IMG/VR virus record: IMGVR_UViG_3300030372_002095
Span: 1-64,000 of that record
Reading direction: 5' to 3' (one strand)
Length of the DNA: 64,000 nucleotides
DNA from: a virus
Lineage: Duplodnaviria; Caudoviricetes
Position 1 is the first letter of the stretch. Each line of letters begins with the position of its first letter. Positions 8,507 through 17,926 of the stretch are shown here, in pieces. The notes beneath the pieces are model-generated. The model worked only from the letters and a program-made list of their open reading frames with translations, ran no database searches and was not told the origin of the DNA. The position numbers and the translations under genes are program-made.

Positions 8507-9916
8507 TTAGTTTTGGTATTTGTATCTGATTACTACAACTCCAGAACCACCAGAACCACCAGCATTTCCAGGGCTTCCTCCAGCACCTCCGCCGCCAGAA
8601 CCAGTATAATCTGCAGCGTCATTTCCGGGAGCACCCGATGAGCCGCAACCACCAGAACCTCCTATACTTGAACCTCCACAACCTGGACCACCAGAACAAT
8701 AGCCTCCACCACCGCCACCGCCTCCGTAGGCAGTTGGAGAAGCAGTTATACTAGATGTAGTACCAGCGCCTCCTGGATTTCCTGAAGAAGGACCACCAGC
8801 GCCAACAGCACCAGCACCTCCTCCACCACCTCCACTTTGTGGACCCCCTTCCGAACCAGCGCCTCCATTATTACCTTGAGGAGGACTAACTGGGGGAGTG
8901 TTGCCATTACCACCAGTAGTAGTAGCAGGTGCTGGGTTTCCCGCACCTCCACCACCAGAACCGCCTGGAAAACCTTGGGGTGAATTACCGTTTGATATAG
9001 GGTGATATGGAGGGTTAGCACCATCGTAGATACCACCTCTACCACCTCCAGCAGATGTAATAGTTGAAAAAGTTGAAACTGCACCACTGGTTCCACCGGT
9101 TCCACTATCTGCAGAAGCACCAGCACCGCCACCACCTACAACAATAGGATACGTTGTTGCAGTTAATGTTAATCCAGCGGGAGCATTTAAAGGAGAAGCT
9201 GTATAAGGATCGCCTGAATTTTTACCTTCACGGTATCCACCGGCGCCTCCTCCTCCTCCTCTAAATGTTCCTGAACCTGAACCACCACCAGCAACAACTA
9301 GATAAGATGCACCAGCACCTCCTCCTGCAGCATTACCTACTGATGATACAATAAAGTTTCCATCACCTGTAAATCTATGAATTTTATAATCACCTGATGT
9401 TGTAATAGTTCCACCTGTAGCAGACGTATAAGCTACTTGAGCTGCTGCTTGATCTGATACACTTGTTATTAACCAACCTTGAGTTGAATCAACATAAACA
9501 ACTTGTATAGCTTCTCTGTCTCTTGAAAGAGTTGCATCAGTTGCACTACCTTGAATTTTTTCTGAACCATTAGGTGCTAAAGTAACATTGTTAGAATCCC
9601 AAGTGCCTGCATAATCAACTAAACCTATTTGTGCACCTGCTGAACCAGCAGGTAAATTTACTGTTATAGCTCCACCCGTTGTATTAACAAAATACCCTTT
9701 TTCTGCCGCAGCAGTAAAAGTAGAAGTTTTTATATCACTTGTTTGCCAACTTAAATTATCACCGAATCCTGTTGCTGTTCCTGTACTAACATTTATTGTT
9801 CCTGCTATAGTTAGTGTTGCACCTGATGGCAACGTTACAGTATCACCCGAGTCGGATATTTGAAGTGCCGTTCCCGATCCAGGAGATATTTTGTTAACTT
9901 TAATTTCTGAAGCCAT
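8507..9916 (-). CDS. Gly-rich tail fibre/virion protein, paralogue 1
   Basis: Same domain order; ends GSGVVVIRYKYQN. Confidence 0.7.
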   Translation of the reverse strand: MASEIKVNKISPGSGTALQISDSGDTVTLPSGATLTIAGTINVSTGTATGFGDNLSWQTSDIKTSTFTAAAEKGYFVNTTGGAITVNLPAGSAGAQIGLVDYAGTWDSNNVTLAPNGSEKIQGSATDATLSRDREAIQVVYVDSTQGWLITSVSDQAAAQVAYTSATGGTITTSGDYKIHRFTGDGNFIVSSVGNAAGGGAGASYLVVAGGGSGSGTFRGGGGGAGGYREGKNSGDPYTASPLNAPAGLTLTATTYPIVVGGGGAGASADSGTGGTSGAVSTFSTITSAGGGRGGIYDGANPPYHPISNGNSPQGFPGGSGGGGAGNPAPATTTGGNGNTPPVSPPQGNNGGAGSEGGPQSGGGGGGAGAVGAGGPSSGNPGGAGTTSSITASPTAYGGGGGGGGYCSGGPGCGGSSIGGSGGCGSSGAPGNDAADYTGSGGGGAGGSPGNAGGSGGSGVVVIRYKYQN

Positions 9917-10371
9917 TATATTATTACCAAATTACCTGTTATTGTTTGCGTCCCTGTAATTGTTACAGGACCCGCTAAAACACCTGAGTCTATTGTTTGA
10001 TCATCACTTAAAGTAGAATTATGTGTTGTTACATATGCAGTCGCATCCATGCTAGGAGAAGGTGCACGTTTTGCTGGATATGTACAAAATACATCTTTCG
10101 TACCTGCTGTAAGATCTACAGCTGCATCACCATTTGTACTTTCAAGAATTGTTGTTCTTGATAAAGTATCAGGTGTAGCATCAGTTACCGTTCCTATACC
10201 AATTTCATATTCTGTTCCTGATTGGGCTGCAATACAATAATATGTTGTATTGGTCGTACCAATCCCAGCAACGAAAGTTTGAAATCCACCACTTGCTCCA
10301 GCAAGATTTATAGTTCCAGTTCCTGTTGTTGTCGTGGTTTCCTTAACACGATCATTGATAATCAATGCCAT
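9916..10371 (-). CDS. virion structural (tail) protein
   Basis: MALIINDRVKETTTTTGTGT-type beta-rich protein; start/stop overlap with the fibre gene. Confidence 0.6.
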   Translation of the reverse strand: MALIINDRVKETTTTTGTGTINLAGASGGFQTFVAGIGTTNTTYYCIAAQSGTEYEIGIGTVTDATPDTLSRTTILESTNGDAAVDLTAGTKDVFCTYPAKRAPSPSMDATAYVTTHNSTLSDDQTIDSGVLAGPVTITGTQTITGNLVII

Positions 10372-10380
10372 GTTAAACTC

Positions 10381-10839
10381 CTACGATAATCTCAGTATAG
10401 CTGTACTTGTGCCTGGTGCCGGAAATTGAACAGTAAATGTACCATTGGTTGCTGTAAAATCAGAACCAAAAGCTAAAATACAAACTGCATCCGTTGTTCC
10501 CGAACCACCATCAGTAGTTGTGTTGTAAATCATTGCTCCATTAGCTGTAAAACTTGCAGATGTCCACTGAGGGTCACTTGAAAAATCTACATATGCTGTT
10601 GATGCTGATGTACTACCTGTAACTGATTGACCAGTTAAAGCTAATCCTCCTGCTGAGTAAGCAGAGCCAGATGTATTTGTAATTTCATTAGTTGTTGAAT
10701 AATCTTCTGTAGATGCTCCTAAACTTGCACTTGATGTAAATAATGCAATTTTAAAAGTACTACCACCACTTGCAAAATCATGAAACCCTTTTAAAAGGTC
10801 TCTTTTAAATGTGTTGCAAACCGCTTGTGTTATAGCCAT
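10381..10839 (-). CDS. virion structural (tail) protein
   Basis: MAITQAVCNTFK...FKIALFTSSA...F.VQFP pattern common in marine phage structural modules. Confidence 0.6.
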   Translation of the reverse strand: MAITQAVCNTFKRDLLKGFHDFASGGSTFKIALFTSSASLGASTEDYSTTNEITNTSGSAYSAGGLALTGQSVTGSTSASTAYVDFSSDPQWTSASFTANGAMIYNTTTDGGSGTTDAVCILAFGSDFTATNGTFTVQFPAPGTSTAILRLS

Positions 10840-10848
10840 TTTTATCTC

Positions 10849-11529
10849 CTATGGGTTTTGTGAAGGCAACGGTAAACGAATAACACCATCTTGATATTCA
10901 TCTCTCCGTCTTCTTCCTTGTTGTTCTATTGCAAGTCTTTGTACAGCTTCTTGATAGCTTTTTTCGTACTGTGCAAGCAAATCATATGGTCCTTTTAGAA
11001 ACTTAAATGCTTCTACAAGACAAGCATATAATAATACTTGTGGCGCATTATTACTAACCCAACTTGTTGTGTTAGTTGCGGAAAGCCCTGTCTCATTACG
11101 ATTCAAAGCTAACTCTATCTTATATGCTGAATCAGGTGTTGGCGCAACATATAATGTATTTTGATCCCACATAGCATAGTATTTTGGTTTACCTTGAGTG
11201 GTTCTGTTAGGCCAATATTCAGTCATATAACTAATATCTTTTTGTAATAAATAAGTTCTTACATTCGCATCTGTTCCAGCAGTTGGATATATGGATGCCG
11301 TACGAACAAATGACATTGTGCTAGGAGTAGCTCCTGGCAATACAATAAATTCATTTCCTACACTTAACGTTGTAAATTGATAAGATCTAAAACAATCTAA
11401 ATCGACTTCTCTAAATATACGAAGTTCTGCTTGTAAGATAAAATCATTAATAATAGTGTCTGTTAGAACATCAGAAGATGTTTCTGTATAACTTCTAATT
11501 TGTGTTTGTAATTCTGAAAAAGTTGTCAT
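10849..11529 (-). CDS. head-tail adaptor / tail tubular protein A-like
   Basis: N-terminal helical FILQAELRIFREVD, G.PKYYA, P.PD..Y, LLYACLVEA pattern. Confidence 0.6.
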   Translation of the reverse strand: MTTFSELQTQIRSYTETSSDVLTDTIINDFILQAELRIFREVDLDCFRSYQFTTLSVGNEFIVLPGATPSTMSFVRTASIYPTAGTDANVRTYLLQKDISYMTEYWPNRTTQGKPKYYAMWDQNTLYVAPTPDSAYKIELALNRNETGLSATNTTSWVSNNAPQVLLYACLVEAFKFLKGPYDLLAQYEKSYQEAVQRLAIEQQGRRRRDEYQDGVIRLPLPSQNP

Positions 11530-12002
11530 GATATTGCCACCGTTACTATTCCTAATTGAGTATTCATTATTGTGTCTTGATTAGCTTGTGAACTACCATT
11601 TAAAGGTTGCATTGTTCTTACCTGTACAGTTTCATATGCTCCCGGTGCAGGTATAGGATTAAACTGTTGTATTGTTTGTAAAACTGTTTGAAAACTATTA
11701 GCTCCAATTGCTGGTGATACCCCATTAGTTCCACCACCTGTCATTGATGTAGATGTAGCATCATCATTTATATAAATACCACCGATAGGTATTGTTACAC
11801 TAACAACCTGACCTTTTGAATGTTCTAAAGCTTCATAGTCAACAGGATGATTTTTTGGATCTAGTAAAGGTGATTTAGGTTCGTACTCAGACTGATGAAC
11901 CCACATACCTGTCCATTCCTGTACCATTTCATTATAAGGATAGGCTTGTCCATCTCTATCAGATATACGTAAAGCAAATTTACCTGAAGCATACTTTGAC
12001 AT
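11526..12002 (-). CDS. conserved phage protein
   Basis: MSKYASGKFALRISDRDG...EWTG..V...EYEPK.P N-terminus; coupled overlaps with neighbours. Confidence 0.6.
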   Translation of the reverse strand: MSKYASGKFALRISDRDGQAYPYNEMVQEWTGMWVHQSEYEPKSPLLDPKNHPVDYEALEHSKGQVVSVTIPIGGIYINDDATSTSMTGGGTNGVSPAIGANSFQTVLQTIQQFNPIPAPGAYETVQVRTMQPLNGSSQANQDTIMNTQLGIVTVAIS

Positions 12003-12724
12003 TAATAACCTGCCATAAATTGATTTCTAGGAACCATACTGTAACTTGCTTTTTCAACGTCTTCATCAGCAGCTCTTCTAAATTCTTCTTCATATAAAGT
12101 TTTTAATAATTGAACTCTATCTGGAGCATATTTTAAAGATAGATAATAAGCTAATCCTGCAGTTAAACACGGTAAAAAACGAAAAGGTATTTGTGCATTT
12201 GTGGGATATGTGTCTATATCTAGCATTCTAATAGATGCATAATATTTAAAAGTATAAGCTTCCTGTGCAGCAGGAAATAAAAAAACTTTTGGTAAAATAG
12301 TTCTTTCAAAATAAAATTGACTAGGACGACCTTTAGATGTTTTTACAGTATAATCTAAATAAGAACTTCGTCCTATTCTTGTCATTGAGTAATCATTATT
12401 ACTACTATCTCTTATAACAGCCTCTGTAATATCAATTATTTCTGCTTCATCACCTGCTGTAGATGCATTACCCGCAGCATTAACAGGATACAAAGTTGTT
12501 CCTGATAACTGCGTAGCATCTGCTGCAACTGTTGCAGACCTTTCAGTTATTGTCCAAAGATTTAGACCTCTATTTGCCCACTCAGCTATCATGAGGTTTA
12601 AAGAACGTTTTGCGGTTTTTAGATGATAACCAGATCTATCTTGTAAACCGCAACGTTCGTAAGCCTCTTCAACTAAAGTATCAATTTGAAGGTCAAAATT
12701 TGCTGTGGAAGAGTATGTTGGCAT
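12002..12724 (-). CDS. head-tail connector / tail tubular-like protein
   Basis: VEEAYERCG...AKRSLNLMIAEWANRGLNLW, GRPSQFY, PFRFLPCLTAGLAYYLS. Confidence 0.6.
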   Translation of the reverse strand: MPTYSSTANFDLQIDTLVEEAYERCGLQDRSGYHLKTAKRSLNLMIAEWANRGLNLWTITERSATVAADATQLSGTTLYPVNAAGNASTAGDEAEIIDITEAVIRDSSNNDYSMTRIGRSSYLDYTVKTSKGRPSQFYFERTILPKVFLFPAAQEAYTFKYYASIRMLDIDTYPTNAQIPFRFLPCLTAGLAYYLSLKYAPDRVQLLKTLYEEEFRRAADEDVEKASYSMVPRNQFMAGY

Positions 12725-12727
12725 TTA

Positions 12728-13045
12728 CTACTTAGCAATACCCATGCCACGTTTAGCTATGCCGCCACCACGTTTATTTATTTTACCTTTACCAGTTCCT
12801 TTACCAAACTTACCGTAAGACTCATCACGGCTCGCTTTTAACTGAGCTGGTGTTCTTTTCTTTTTAATTCTCATAGCGATAGATTCATCTTTTCTATCTT
12901 TGTAGCCTTGTTGTTTTTTGCCAACTGGACCACCGTCTTTTAATCCCATCGCCATTCTTTTATGTTGATTAATCGCGCCGCCAGCTTTTTTCTTAACCAT
13001 ACTGCCGCCGCCTCTTTTCTTTGCTATTTTTTTCTTGCCCATCAT
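12728..13045 (-). CDS. small basic protein with repeated xxGG motifs
   Basis: Lys-rich; C-terminal RGGGIAKRGMGIAK identical to that of 23143..23439. Confidence 0.6.
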   Translation of the reverse strand: MMGKKKIAKKRGGGSMVKKKAGGAINQHKRMAMGLKDGGPVGKKQQGYKDRKDESIAMRIKKKRTPAQLKASRDESYGKFGKGTGKGKINKRGGGIAKRGMGIAK

Positions 13046-13632
13046 GATAGACCTCCATTGATCTTTTTATACTTATTAGCACGAGATACCACAACGTCTT
13101 GATAGTACTCGTCAGGCCATAACTTATAATAGCCTTGTTTATGCAATTTATCAGAAGCTTGCTGTAATTGCGAGAACTTTTGTACGAGCATCATAGAATA
13201 TTTATGTTCAGGATATGACTCGTGTATTGCTGTGTTTTTAGTAGGGGATACAAGAAATTGTTGTTCAGATTCAGTAGCTGGATTAGATGGGTGAAAACTC
13301 ATAAAATATATGTCTTTTCTGTTATACCATTCATTATAGTCTTCTGTGGCTAAATGCAGTTCATCAGGAGAATAGCTGTAATAAGGATCACAAAATATTA
13401 ATATTTCTTTTTTAGTAAAATCTAAGTTTTTTAAACAATTATTTAATTCTTTTTTATAGGTGCTATATTTAGTTTTAATCACAATCCAAACTTTATTATC
13501 AGCCCATGCTTTTTTAGCAAAAGGACATGCGGGAACACCACCTAAATGTACATTAGATACCTCTAAAAAGTTTTTAGACCAGAGTCTAACGTCCTCTATT
13601 ATGTCTTGCCTTGACGGTTGTATTTTTTCCAT
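13042..13632 (-). CDS. DUF1415-like protein
   Basis: WS..FLE......G..ACPFAK and FHP motifs resemble DUF1415. Confidence 0.45.
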   Translation of the reverse strand: MEKIQPSRQDIIEDVRLWSKNFLEVSNVHLGGVPACPFAKKAWADNKVWIVIKTKYSTYKKELNNCLKNLDFTKKEILIFCDPYYSYSPDELHLATEDYNEWYNRKDIYFMSFHPSNPATESEQQFLVSPTKNTAIHESYPEHKYSMMLVQKFSQLQQASDKLHKQGYYKLWPDEYYQDVVVSRANKYKKINGGLS

Positions 13633-13736
13633 GTCAATCTCTTTCTTTTGTTTTTAGGTCGTGATCTACTTGAATGTCCTATACTTGTTCTTTTTTTAAT
13701 TGGTGTAAAATATTCGTTAGAAGTTGTTTTAGCCAT
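13599..13736 (-). CDS. 45-aa basic protein (not in ORF track)
   Basis: Own translation: MAKTTSNEYFTPIKKRTSIGHSSRSRPKNKRKRLTWKKYNRQGKT; fills the gap in the operon. Confidence 0.55.
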   Translation of the reverse strand: MAKTTSNEYFTPIKKRTSIGHSSRSRPKNKRKRLTWKKYNRQGKT

Positions 13737-13739
13737 AAA

Positions 13740-13811
13740 TTATAAATAAGTTATTGCACCTGCAACCCACAAAGCAGCAAAACAAATATATGCTATGGTT
13801 ACTGGTTCCAT
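13740..13811 (-). CDS. 23-aa single-TM peptide (not in ORF track)
   Basis: Own translation: MEPVTIAYICFAALWVAGAITYL; fills the gap between coupled genes. Confidence 0.4.
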   Translation of the reverse strand: MEPVTIAYICFAALWVAGAITYL

Positions 13812-14107
13812 TTTTCCTTTGCTTTAAGTGTCCACGCTTTCATAGCTTCTTTAGTTATTTTTTCATTAACCAATGTAGCTCCGTCTGGTATTTCATTATA
13901 TAATTTTAACACTTCTCCATCCTCACTTATTTCTACATAAGCAGGACCACAAAAAGCATCTTTAGGGAAGTCTTTATTTTTCTTTAACATTCGTTTTTCG
14001 TATAGACATTCACCTGCATTAGCCATTGGAATATATTGTGTCATTTGTGTTTCTTGGTCATTCATATTTCCAAATACAAATAAAATTATTACTGCAACAA
14101 TTTTCAT
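13799..14107 (-). CDS. hypothetical protein with hydrophobic N-terminus
   Basis: MKIVAVIILFVFG; two Cys; ATGA overlap with upstream gene. Confidence 0.55.
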   Translation of the reverse strand: MKIVAVIILFVFGNMNDQETQMTQYIPMANAGECLYEKRMLKKNKDFPKDAFCGPAYVEISEDGEVLKLYNEIPDGATLVNEKITKEAMKAWTLKAKEKWNQ

Positions 14108-14466
14108 TGTGGTACTCCGTTCTGTCTAACCTTGTCCTTTAACAATTCTACGTCTTTTTGCATCTGTGTTACCTGCTCTTTTAGGAACTCGATGTTTACT
14201 TTATTATGCATCATCGACTCAAGTTCTGCTTCCATTGTAGCATTTTTTGTGCCTAGCCATTCCAAAATCATTGACTGCTCCATATCCACAGGCGTTTGCT
14301 CAGCTTTTTTTAACAAGTCAGCTTCCATTAATTGTCTTGCAGTCTCAAGTTCCGTAATTCTTTGAGTCAAATCGCTGTAGGCAAATATACCAAGTGATAT
14401 GGCTGCGATCAGGCCTAACAGATTTCTAACAGGCATACTTATCGCTGTGTTATCTGATATTTTCAT
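14104..14466 (-). CDS. membrane-anchored coiled-coil protein
   Basis: N-terminal TM segment (LLGLIAAISLGIFAY) followed by heptad-rich helix. Confidence 0.6.
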   Translation of the reverse strand: MKISDNTAISMPVRNLLGLIAAISLGIFAYSDLTQRITELETARQLMEADLLKKAEQTPVDMEQSMILEWLGTKNATMEAELESMMHNKVNIEFLKEQVTQMQKDVELLKDKVRQNGVPQ

Positions 14467-14611
14467 TTGTACCCTTTCTGTTATATATTTTTTTACTCTC
14501 TACAACTTTTGGTTTATATTGAGAAGTATATAGTTCTTTCGCAATAGGGTTATTTTTTTTCATAGCTCTATTGCGTTTTGTTTGAAACCATTTGTATTGT
14601 TTGTTCACCAT
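14450..14611 (-). CDS. small basic protein (not in ORF track)
   Basis: Own translation contains NPIAKELYTSQYKPKVVESKKIYNRK; start at 14611 or 14563. Confidence 0.45.
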   Translation of the reverse strand: MVNKQYKWFQTKRNRAMKKNNPIAKELYTSQYKPKVVESKKIYNRKGTNENIR

Positions 14612-15177
14612 TATCCACCAAGAGGATTTTCTAACGCTCTTTTAATTCGCTTATCTATCTTTTCCTCTAGCTCCTTTTGTGCTTGTTTTATTTTTTCTTC
14701 TAATTTTTTCATATCATCTTCAAGTGTATCAATAGTAGTTTTAAGATCTTTTGCGTTATCTCTAGAATCTTCTTTTACTTGTTGTTCTACATCATTAACA
14801 ATTGACTCTACTCTGCGCACATCTTGACGTAAATCGTTTTTAAGTTCATTGGCTACATCAGACACCAGTCTTATTTCTTGCATCATCATTTCCATTTCAC
14901 CCATTAACATCTCAATCTCGGTTTGAAGTAATTCTGTCTTGCTTGACATTTCTTCTTTTGTCAGTGCAATGTTTTTATCAAACTCAGATAAATCTGGAGC
15001 TACATAATTCTGTATTTGTTCTTTCATGTTAAGGTAGTCTTTATAAAATTCAAAACCACCCCATAAACCACCACCTAAAGTAGTTAATGCTGTAAGAACC
15101 ACGAAGATTTTTCCGCCTTTAAATTTAAGCCCCGCAAATTCCATTTCTGCCATAACTACTCCGAATCCGTCTGCCAT
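14611..15177 (-). CDS. membrane-anchored coiled-coil protein
   Basis: TM segment IFVVLTALTTLGGGLWGGF followed by a long coiled coil. Confidence 0.6.
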   Translation of the reverse strand: MADGFGVVMAEMEFAGLKFKGGKIFVVLTALTTLGGGLWGGFEFYKDYLNMKEQIQNYVAPDLSEFDKNIALTKEEMSSKTELLQTEIEMLMGEMEMMMQEIRLVSDVANELKNDLRQDVRRVESIVNDVEQQVKEDSRDNAKDLKTTIDTLEDDMKKLEEKIKQAQKELEEKIDKRIKRALENPLGG

Positions 15178-16841
15178 TGTTGCATTATCATATCGTTCAT
15201 TAATCCTTCACTACCTCCAAATAAAAAATATTGTGCAATATTGTTATTTTCTATTTGTGTATCAGGTATCATGTAATCTGTAAAAAATCCTTGCCTATCG
15301 TTTAATTGTTGTTGTGAGTCAAAAAAGGTTTTTGTATCACCCAACACCTGCATTACAATTAATGTTTTTAACTGATTTGTTGAGTCATATCTACCCTTAT
15401 CCCCCATCTTCTTGACTATTTTCTTTGCGGCTTTTTCTTTTTTAGATTCTGGTTTTTTTACAGGTTTCTCTTCGGCTTCACCCTTATCTTCTGTTTCTTC
15501 CATATCCTCTGGTTTATCCTCATTTGTTTTAGTCTCTGATACGCTTTCTTCGTTCTCTGTCTCTTCAGCCACCTCTTCTTGAGGTTCTTCCATATCTTCT
15601 TTAATAGGTTCATTTTGTACCTCCTCCGGCTCTGGTTGAGCTTCTTCCTTAACCTCTTCTATTTCAGGTTTAGTTTCTATTTCTGGCTCCATATCTGGTT
15701 CTGATACTTCCATGTCAGGCATATCCATTTCTGGTTCTGGCATTTCAAGATCAGGCATTTCTAATTCCATTTCCATTTCAATATCTAAAACCGCTACTTC
15801 CATTTCATCCATATCAACATTTGGCATTTCAAAATCCATTTCCATATCTGGCATTTCAAAATCCATTTCAAAATCCATTTCCATTTCAACAGTGTCATAA
15901 GACATTTCCATATCTGGTTCATCAAACTCCGGTTCAAAATACATATCATCACCTGGAGCGTCAGGCATTACTATGTCATTATGTTCAAATATATTTTCTA
16001 CTATATCTATTACTTCTGTTTCTGTGCTACCCCCATAAGATACCCACATTTCAACACTAAGTATATGTTCTGTAACTATTGTAGAAATTACATTGTAAAG
16101 TACATTTATTTGTACATCATCAAAAAGCGGTCCAATTGCAAGAGACACATCCCTTCCACCTACCTCTACAATTAATTTTGTAATTGTTCCTGCAAAATCA
16201 AATCCACCTGTGTATTCTTGATAACCACTGGTTACACCAGATTCAGATAAGATGTCAGTGCCTTGAAATATATTTGTATTACCATTACGCCCTGTAATAT
16301 GCATATAAATACGATCTTGAGGATCTCTTTTATCAACTTTTATAGAATAATTAGTTCTACCACCATTTTCTATATCAAGTTCGGATATATCTATTGTATT
16401 AATAAATGTTGTTCCCATACCAGATACACCCATTGTTGATGTTGAATTACCCGATCCGGTTATTTGTGCACACTTATCTGTTCCGAGATTATAGCAGCTG
16501 TTGCCTGAGGGCATGTTTGCTGGACCTTGTCCACCCCAATCAATATCCATGTCCCCTTCATATTTAGATGATACATAATCATTATCACCATCTAAAATGT
16601 CCCCTGAATCTGGGTTTGTAGTAGTTACTGTTGTAGTTGTAGTGGTAGTATCTGTTGTAACTGTATAACCATCAGCTTCATATTCAATTGTTTCAACTTC
16701 ATCTATAACAATTGTCTCTTCAACACCTGGAGTACATAATCCTGTTGCAGTAACAGGACATTCTGCTCTAAGGGAAGAAGGCCACGATGCCAGAATGCAT
16801 AGCCATACCAAATAAAATAAATTTAGCCAACTTTTGCCCAT
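15156..16841 (-). CDS. secreted protein with Glu/Asp/Met-rich low-complexity linker
   Basis: Signal-peptide-like N-terminus, beta-rich domain, EM(D/P)FEM repeats, acidic linker, helical C-terminus. Confidence 0.6.
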   Translation of the reverse strand: MGKSWLNLFYLVWLCILASWPSSLRAECPVTATGLCTPGVEETIVIDEVETIEYEADGYTVTTDTTTTTTTVTTTNPDSGDILDGDNDYVSSKYEGDMDIDWGGQGPANMPSGNSCYNLGTDKCAQITGSGNSTSTMGVSGMGTTFINTIDISELDIENGGRTNYSIKVDKRDPQDRIYMHITGRNGNTNIFQGTDILSESGVTSGYQEYTGGFDFAGTITKLIVEVGGRDVSLAIGPLFDDVQINVLYNVISTIVTEHILSVEMWVSYGGSTETEVIDIVENIFEHNDIVMPDAPGDDMYFEPEFDEPDMEMSYDTVEMEMDFEMDFEMPDMEMDFEMPNVDMDEMEVAVLDIEMEMELEMPDLEMPEPEMDMPDMEVSEPDMEPEIETKPEIEEVKEEAQPEPEEVQNEPIKEDMEEPQEEVAEETENEESVSETKTNEDKPEDMEETEDKGEAEEKPVKKPESKKEKAAKKIVKKMGDKGRYDSTNQLKTLIVMQVLGDTKTFFDSQQQLNDRQGFFTDYMIPDTQIENNNIAQYFLFGGSEGLMNDMIMQQWQTDSE

Positions 16842-17334
16842 CTGTTAATCCTTCTGATTTTTTAATTTTTCTTTCTTCTTGTTCCATTTTAGCTAATACA
16901 AAACTTCCTTCTGGAATCATATCAGGATTTTCTTGCCATCCTTTTGATGCTTCTTCTCCAATAGCACCCATGTAAGGACAAGGAGTACCTGCCATAGCCA
17001 TACTATCCCATACTCTAGAATCTTGACACAAAATTGACACACTCGCAACTTTCATGCCTGATGCGTATAATGATCTTGCTAATTTTATTCTTTCACAGTT
17101 TTCATCAGTGACGGTAACCCCGCTACTAATACCTAAAATCTGGGTCTGCACGGCGCCTGCCACTGCTGTCTTACATATATCTGAATTATTAACCACCACC
17201 GATGGTGCCGAAGCAGTAGGTGGTGTATTGTTAGTTACTACAGTTGAACTGACAGTGTTTGTATCTGCTCCATTAGCACTCTTTATTGCACTAAAAACTA
17301 AAACAAAACACAGTATAAAAAAAAATATTCTCAT
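16768..17334 (-). CDS. secreted Cys-containing conserved phage protein
   Basis: Signal peptide MRIFFFILCFVLVFSAIKSANG; PPTASAPS...C......D.NCERIKLAR..LCQD.RV...M..AGTPCP. Confidence 0.65.
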   Translation of the reverse strand: MRIFFFILCFVLVFSAIKSANGADTNTVSSTVVTNNTPPTASAPSVVVNNSDICKTAVAGAVQTQILGISSGVTVTDENCERIKLARSLYASGMKVASVSILCQDSRVWDSMAMAGTPCPYMGAIGEEASKGWQENPDMIPEGSFVLAKMEQEERKIKKSEGLTDGQKLAKFILFGMAMHSGIVAFFP

Positions 17335-17610
17335 TTAACATTTCCATCTTTTCCTAGCTTGTCTTAATCTAGAATTAGGATTTTTAGCTGCCCCAGGAAA
17401 TTTTTTCATTTGACCAGCACTTCTGGCACAATATGATTTGCGTCGATTTGCAGACTTTGAGCCTGGTTTAACTTTACCAGTAACTGCTGTTTTTAATTTT
17501 GAACCAGGATTATCTCGACGATATTTTTTTACTCCAGCTTTAGTCATTCCCGCTCCAGACTTTGTGGAGCGGAAATATTTTTTTGTTTTTGGTGGCTGTT
17601 TATCAGCCAT
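17335..17610 (-). CDS. basic conserved phage protein (DUF6321-like)
   Basis: GAGMTKAG...RRKSYCARS...NSR...AR..WKC pattern. Confidence 0.6.
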   Translation of the reverse strand: MADKQPPKTKKYFRSTKSGAGMTKAGVKKYRRDNPGSKLKTAVTGKVKPGSKSANRRKSYCARSAGQMKKFPGAAKNPNSRLRQARKRWKC

Positions 17611-17917
17611 AAATTACATTAACTTTTGTAGCTTGATTGAAGAAAACATAGAGATCGGTATCAAATTTTAATCCCATTTCAGGAAAATTAATTTGAAGAA
17701 TCTCATCTTCTCCAGAAGCAATAGCAGGAGTAACTTGAGTAAATTTCACAGTGCCACTTGCACCATCATCTATCAAATCAACTCTGCCTTCAGTTCCACC
17801 ACATTGAACAGTTAATCCTACCACCCGAGCGGGTGCACTAAGAGTGTTACCACCTGCTGATACTTTAGTGGTAACTTGTCCACTTGCAGTTAATTGTTTT
17901 GTTTTAATACCAAACAT
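17603..17917 (-). CDS. virion structural protein (beta-sandwich)
   Basis: Located after the capsid gene; G..F.T.LYV......VNVIYG pattern. Confidence 0.55.
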   Translation of the reverse strand: MFGIKTKQLTASGQVTTKVSAGGNTLSAPARVVGLTVQCGGTEGRVDLIDDGASGTVKFTQVTPAIASGEDEILQINFPEMGLKFDTDLYVFFNQATKVNVIYG

Positions 17918-17926
17918 TATTAACCT

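Noticed and set aside
5713-9135. Overlapping alternative-frame and antisense ORFs (e.g. Pro-rich 5787..6050, 6258..6443; Val-rich 8746..9135)
   Set aside because: These are shadows of GGN-rich glycine codons in the fibre genes; they lack RBSs and have low-complexity translations.
3171-9916. Diversity-generating retroelement acting on the fibre genes
   Set aside because: No reverse transcriptase, and no template/variable repeat pair differing only at adenines was seen.
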